Positions 58,993-64,000 of a stretch of 64,000 nt of DNA are shown here, one piece after another. The position numbers and the translations under genes were made by a program. Each line of letters starts with the position of its first letter. Position 1 is the first letter of the stretch. The notes beneath the pieces are model-generated. The model made no database searches. It saw nothing but the letters and a program-made list of their open reading frames with translations, and was not told the origin of the DNA. The DNA is from Macrostomum lignano (lineage: Eukaryota): contig NIVC01002815.1 in the NCBI GenBank assembly GCA_002269645.1, positions 25,673-89,672 of the forward strand. The letters are read 5' to 3'.

Positions 58993-60771
58993 GGCGTTGT
59001 CCAGCCAGAGATGGTCCGATTGATAATTCACCGATAATCAACGGTCAGGAACTGCAAGCTAAATTAGTTGGTTAAACAACATAGTGTAAATTTACTGCTT
59101 TTAATACAAAGTGAGGAGAACCACATTGCAGTAACAGGAGCCCGATCGACCTTATTACTAGTACGCTGCAGTTGACAACTTGCAGCGATCTTTACAGCGA
59201 TTAGTGTCAAGATGAAACTCAGCACCATGCTTGAGGTAAATAATGAATTTTGAGGCACACAGTACCAGTATACGAGTATACAGCATGCAATTATCAAGTG
59301 TGTCGGGGCACTTCTCTTTTGTCTTTGTGATCGACGTATGGCTCAATTTGATGTTGGTTGAGGGTTAGGCAGTAACTAACGCACTTAAGCACTGCTTACA
59401 TAGTAATTTAATACAGCTTGGAACTCAACGTAAAGAGACAGATTTTCTATCTTATACTAGCTTGGGACACTGTAGGACAAGAATTGTAGATTGTATCGAA
59501 TCTACCTGTATCGAATCTATCTCTAAACAGATTTTCTTCTAAAAACAAAACAAAAATAAGCGAATACATAGGCCCACAGAGTGTGGAATTATATATATAT
59601 ATATAATTGTGTATTGTATTCCTATATATGTATGTATTTGTATGTATTCCTATGTATTGTTAGGAAAAGTAAGGAAAGTGGGGAAAAGTAAATAACCCGA
59701 AATTATGCACTTCCAACTAATAAATAAAATAAAATTTCAAGATAGATATATTTTAGATTTTAAGGTACAGCACTAAAGAGATAAAATATTAGAAGCAGTG
59801 TACTCCAGTTTTTCAACAGATGCGCAAGTAGATTCAGGATATGAGTTGTTAATATTTACTTTCAGTAGTATAATAAATATGGTCGCAATGCTTTGTATTG
59901 TTATAGAAAACTGGCACAAAGAAAGAAGCAATTAATTAAACGCAAAAACGAAGAGCTGACTTAACAATAAAAAAATTAACAAACATGTGAACGCATTTCG
60001 ACTACTCACGACAAAGACATTGCAACGCTGGTTATATTACCGGTATAGTAAGCCAGGCGTTATTAGTCAAGCCAGAATGATTTAAATTAATTTCTATCTA
60101 ATCCTGTTGCTCTTGTTGCAACAAAAAGGAAAGGAAATTGCAAAAACCAACACTGCAAGACAAAATAAAAGAGAAGGCAGAAAACTTGATTAGAAACGTA
60201 TACGATAGAGATGCTTGATTAGGCGCCCATTCAAATCGGAGCATCTTGAGTTGTAGCTTGTTAATTTACTTGGTACTGATTATGCCCATGTTCAAAAGCA
60301 ATGAAAATCGAAGAATTAAAATTTAATCAATTTATTTCTTACCATTTTGTTAGATTCTAAATTTGGGTCAATATAAAAAAAAATATAGACTGCTGCAGTG
60401 CTGTAGTCAGCATATCTTAGGTGAGGATTTACCAGCCCCCGCCCCCATCACTAATTATTAGAATATTGTAGGCAGTCTAGTTTACGTACGCTAGTACTAA
60501 ACTGATACAGACCACAGTCTGACTTGTGGTACAGACTGAGGGCGTTAACCTAAGGTGTACTTTTTGTATTGAATCAGTCGTCATTTACATGCACTTACAT
60601 TTACATCATTTACAAATACAGGTTCGTACTCTGTACTTGATTCAGAGGTGCTCAAAATGTGACTACTTTGACGATATTCTGTACTACAGCGTCAAATTTT
60701 TTAAGTTTTCATTTTGCCACGAGTATGATTAAACTGAACGCTTTCAGTGGCAACTAGACTAAAAAAGTATA

Positions 60772-62759
60772 CTAAAGCTCAGTCTTGGCAGAATCATCAT
60801 GAGCTGCAGCCTCTTCAGACGCGGATTCAGCCGTTGCCTCTTCGGTCTTGGCCTCCTTATCATCTGTCGCCGCTGATGGCAAAGTTGGCGGCTCTTCAAT
60901 GGGCAAAGCAATGAGTGGCTCAGTGCAAACCCGAGCGGTTTCCAAGCACAGTTGGCGTTCAAACTGATCCATAGTCAGCGGCTTGGGCTGGCTGAGCTGC
61001 AGCAGGGATTTTGTAGCCTCTTCGTGATCGTCCAGCAGCGATTCGCATCGCATGCGCAGCCAGTTGTCAACCGAGGAGCCGCTGGTCAGGCGGCTCGTAT
61101 CGGCCGCTTGGCCGTCAGTTCGAGTTAATGGCACAAACGATCGAATACTTGGCTGGCTGGAGTGCGGCGAGTGGCCCCAGGATGACTGCACCTGTTCGCA
61201 TATAGTCTCCAGCGCGTTGGTCAGGTGCGTGTCCGAGCTGTAAGGGCGGTGGATAGATGCGTCACATTTTAGCGCCAGGATAGTGCACTGATATGATGGA
61301 TAGTGTCAGGATAGTGCACTGATATGGTTAATAGTGTCAGGATAGTGCACTGATATGATTAATAGTGTCAGGATAGTGCACTGATATGATTAATAGTGTC
61401 AGGATAGTGCACTGATATGATTAATAGTGTCAGGATAGTGCACTGATATGATTAATAGTGTCAGGATAGTGCACTGATATGATGGATAGTGTCAGGATAG
61501 TGCACTGGTATGATAGATAGTGTCAGGATAGTGCACTGGTATGATGGATAGTGTCAGGATAGTGCACTGATATGATGGATAGTGTCAGGATAGTGCACTG
61601 GTATGATGGATAGTGTCAGGATAGTGCACTGGTATGATGGATAGTGTCAGGATAGTGCACTGATATGATGGATAGTGTCAGGATAGTGCACTGATATGAT
61701 GGATAGTGTCAGGATAGTGCACTGATATGGTGGATAGTGTCAGGATAGTGCACTGATATGAGTGCCAGGATAGTGCACTGGTATGATGGATAGTGTCAGG
61801 ATAGTGCACTGATATGATGGATAGTGTCAGGATAGTGCACTGGTATGATGGATAGTGTCAGGATAGTGCACTGATATGATGGATAGTGTCAGGATAGTGC
61901 ACTGATATGATGGATAGTGTCAGGATAGTGCACTGATATGGTGGATAGTGTCAGGATAGTGCACTGATATGGTGGATAGTGTCAGGATAGTGCACTGATA
62001 TGGTGGATAGTGTCAGGATAGTGCACTGATATGGTGGATAGTCAGGATAGTGCACTGGTATGATGGATAGTGTCAGGATAGTGCACTGGTATGATGGGTA
62101 GTGTCAGGATAGTGCACTGATATGATTAATAGTGTCAGGATAGTGCACTGGTATGATGGATAGTGTCAGGATAGTGCACTGGTATGATGGGTAGTGTCAG
62201 GATAGTGCACTGATATGATGGATAGTGTCAGGATAGTGCACTGGTATGATGGGTAGTGTCAGGATAGTGCACTGATATGATGGATAGTGTCAGGATAGTG
62301 CACTGGTATGATGGATAGTGTCAGGATAGTGCACTGGTATGATGGGTAGTGTCAGGATAGTGCACTGATATGGTGGATAGTGTCAGGATAGTGCACTGAT
62401 ATGGTGGATAGTGTCAGGATAGTTTCTATTCGAAAATATTTGAGAATCCATAGCCTAAATCAAACCAACCAGAATCTAACGTACCGAGCATAGGGGACTT
62501 TAGTGACACGTTGATTGCCCTTGGAGTCAACCCGGAAGCTACCAGAATCCACTGTGCGACCTTCGTTAGCTTCGTTTTCAACATTCTGGTGCAGCTGGCG
62601 AGCAACTATACGACAGGCGGAGCAAACCAAGTCAGCGTCATTGGCACCGCTGACAGAGACGACTGACACAGTTAGTAACAGTGATGCAGCTAGCAGCTTT
62701 GGACTGGTCAGCAGCCCGGAATGGCTACGTGCCAGGACAGAGTATGGATCCCTACTCAT
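60772..62759 (-). CDS. CNPY2: Canopy/CNPY2-like saposin-B ER protein (246 aa)
   Basis: Exons 62759-62485 and 61237-60772 have a phase-2 match. Motifs: signal peptide, CSACR, GSFRVDSKGNQ..VPYARSDTHL, six Cys and a C-terminal KTEL ER-retention-type motif. Confidence 0.9.
61276..62423. repeat. 31-bp minisatellite (CAGGATAGTGCACTGATATGATGGATAGTGT)n, ~37 copies, filling the CNPY2 intron
   Basis: Period of 31 measured at 61276/61307. Confidence 0.98.
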
Positions 62760-64000
62760 TTATCAGAAGCATGAATTGAAGTTTTTTTGTAAAAATATAA
62801 ATATGAACGATCTTCAAATAATAACTCACACGAATACTTGAAGTATTAATACAAATGATTAGCTACAAAGCGAAATTAGGCAATCAGCTTGATTAGCACG
62901 ATAGATGGTTTAGTTAGGGTCGGCAGTCAAATGTGGACCCATTGTTTACATTGTTTATACCAAGTTAGTAAGCTCGTATTAGCAAGAACAGACTGACCTG
63001 TTGGTTCATCTAGTGAAAGTAAATATAAGGAATTAATGGATTGATTTATAGTTCACATATTCCTTGTAGAGCCTATTAAAATAAAAAGAATTTAAATAGT
63101 ATGTGCTTAAAGTTGTATTATTCAACTTCTTTGTAACTTTTTTAATTTTGCCTGCATTGCTTAGGTTTTATTATAATTAAATCGGCTGATGTCAATCAGT
63201 CATTGAATTAATATTGAAAATTTATTTATAGCCTTTTAAAATCGAAGCCAAACGCAGGATTGTAGGACGACCATTATTAGTGTACATTATTAGTGAAACA
63301 ACTAATTAATGTCTAGATAATATTTGCATAAATTTGTTAAACGATTCTAAAGACAAAAGGATATAACTGATAAGATACAGTAAAGTGTTGAATCTTTAGC
63401 TGACAGATCTTACGGTTTTAAACATTACAAGGGCACCTGCCATTCAATTTTCATGCAACAATATCTAGGTAGAATATATAGGATAGTGCCACAATACCAT
63501 GTTAATTGATATACAGAGCCATAACAATGCAGCCATGACTTTTCAGAGTAATAGGCTAACTCGTTAAGATTTAGTCAACCCCTATCTTGCAATATGACTA
63601 AATCGTAATATAGTTGTTAATGTCTCTATGTAATTGATGTCAAATCAAATTCAAGAATATGCATAAGATTTATCTGTCTACATTACTCAACAATATATAG
63701 TCGATTAAAATAAACAACAAGCGAGAAAGAAGTTCGAAAGCAAAATTTTATTAACGCACAAGTACGACAATTTATTTAAACACCAATAGGAACAAACAAA
63801 TGCCAGAACAGCGTACGATTCCACAATGTCATATTGTTGCGCTAAGCGTCAGGTCACGGGACACAAATCAGGCTTCAGTTGAACCAGCAGCTGTAATGGG
63901 GTTAGTGGAAAATATCGTAAGGAAAAATCGTAGAGATCAATTAGATTGAATCCTATATGGCCTGCTTTTTGTGGCATCAACTTGGACTTCTGCCGTATAA

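Overview
Eukaryotic (metazoan) genomic DNA with GT-AG introns and heavy repeat load. The GC-rich, Ala/Gln-rich exons, short introns and minisatellites suggest a free-living flatworm such as Macrostomum; this is an inference and was not verified. Gene models were assembled by hand with splice-phase checks. They are: a 5'-partial ZCCHC7/Air2-like zinc-knuckle gene (+, <1-22644); a 90-aa secreted 10-Cys peptide (-); a secreted single-domain SUEL lectin (-); an OATP/SLCO transporter (-); a secreted mosaic protein, NtA-TSP1-CUB-like-TSP1-5xEGF-EMI-like (+); an intronless ~480-aa ORF (-); an unknown multi-exon gene with an in-frame TAG (-); a leishmanolysin/invadolysin M8 protease (-); and a Canopy/CNPY2-like ER protein (-). 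Mobile DNA includes a young, full-length Gypsy element (213-bp LTRs with 2 mismatches, ATGGT TSD), decayed Tc1, Gypsy and RTE-like LINE fragments, hAT and mariner MITEs, two SINE families and a head-to-tail stack of Helentron/HINE-like elements carrying telomere-like repeats. Several minisatellites are also present. Small homopolymer indels and isolated stops in otherwise intact genes suggest consensus errors, so pseudogene or recoding calls need read-level checks. No rRNA, bona fide tRNA or CRISPR array is supported. The most novel-looking items are the Cys-rich peptide plus divergent lectin pair, the NtA mosaic protein, and the Gypsy frameshift lying upstream of the zinc knuckles.
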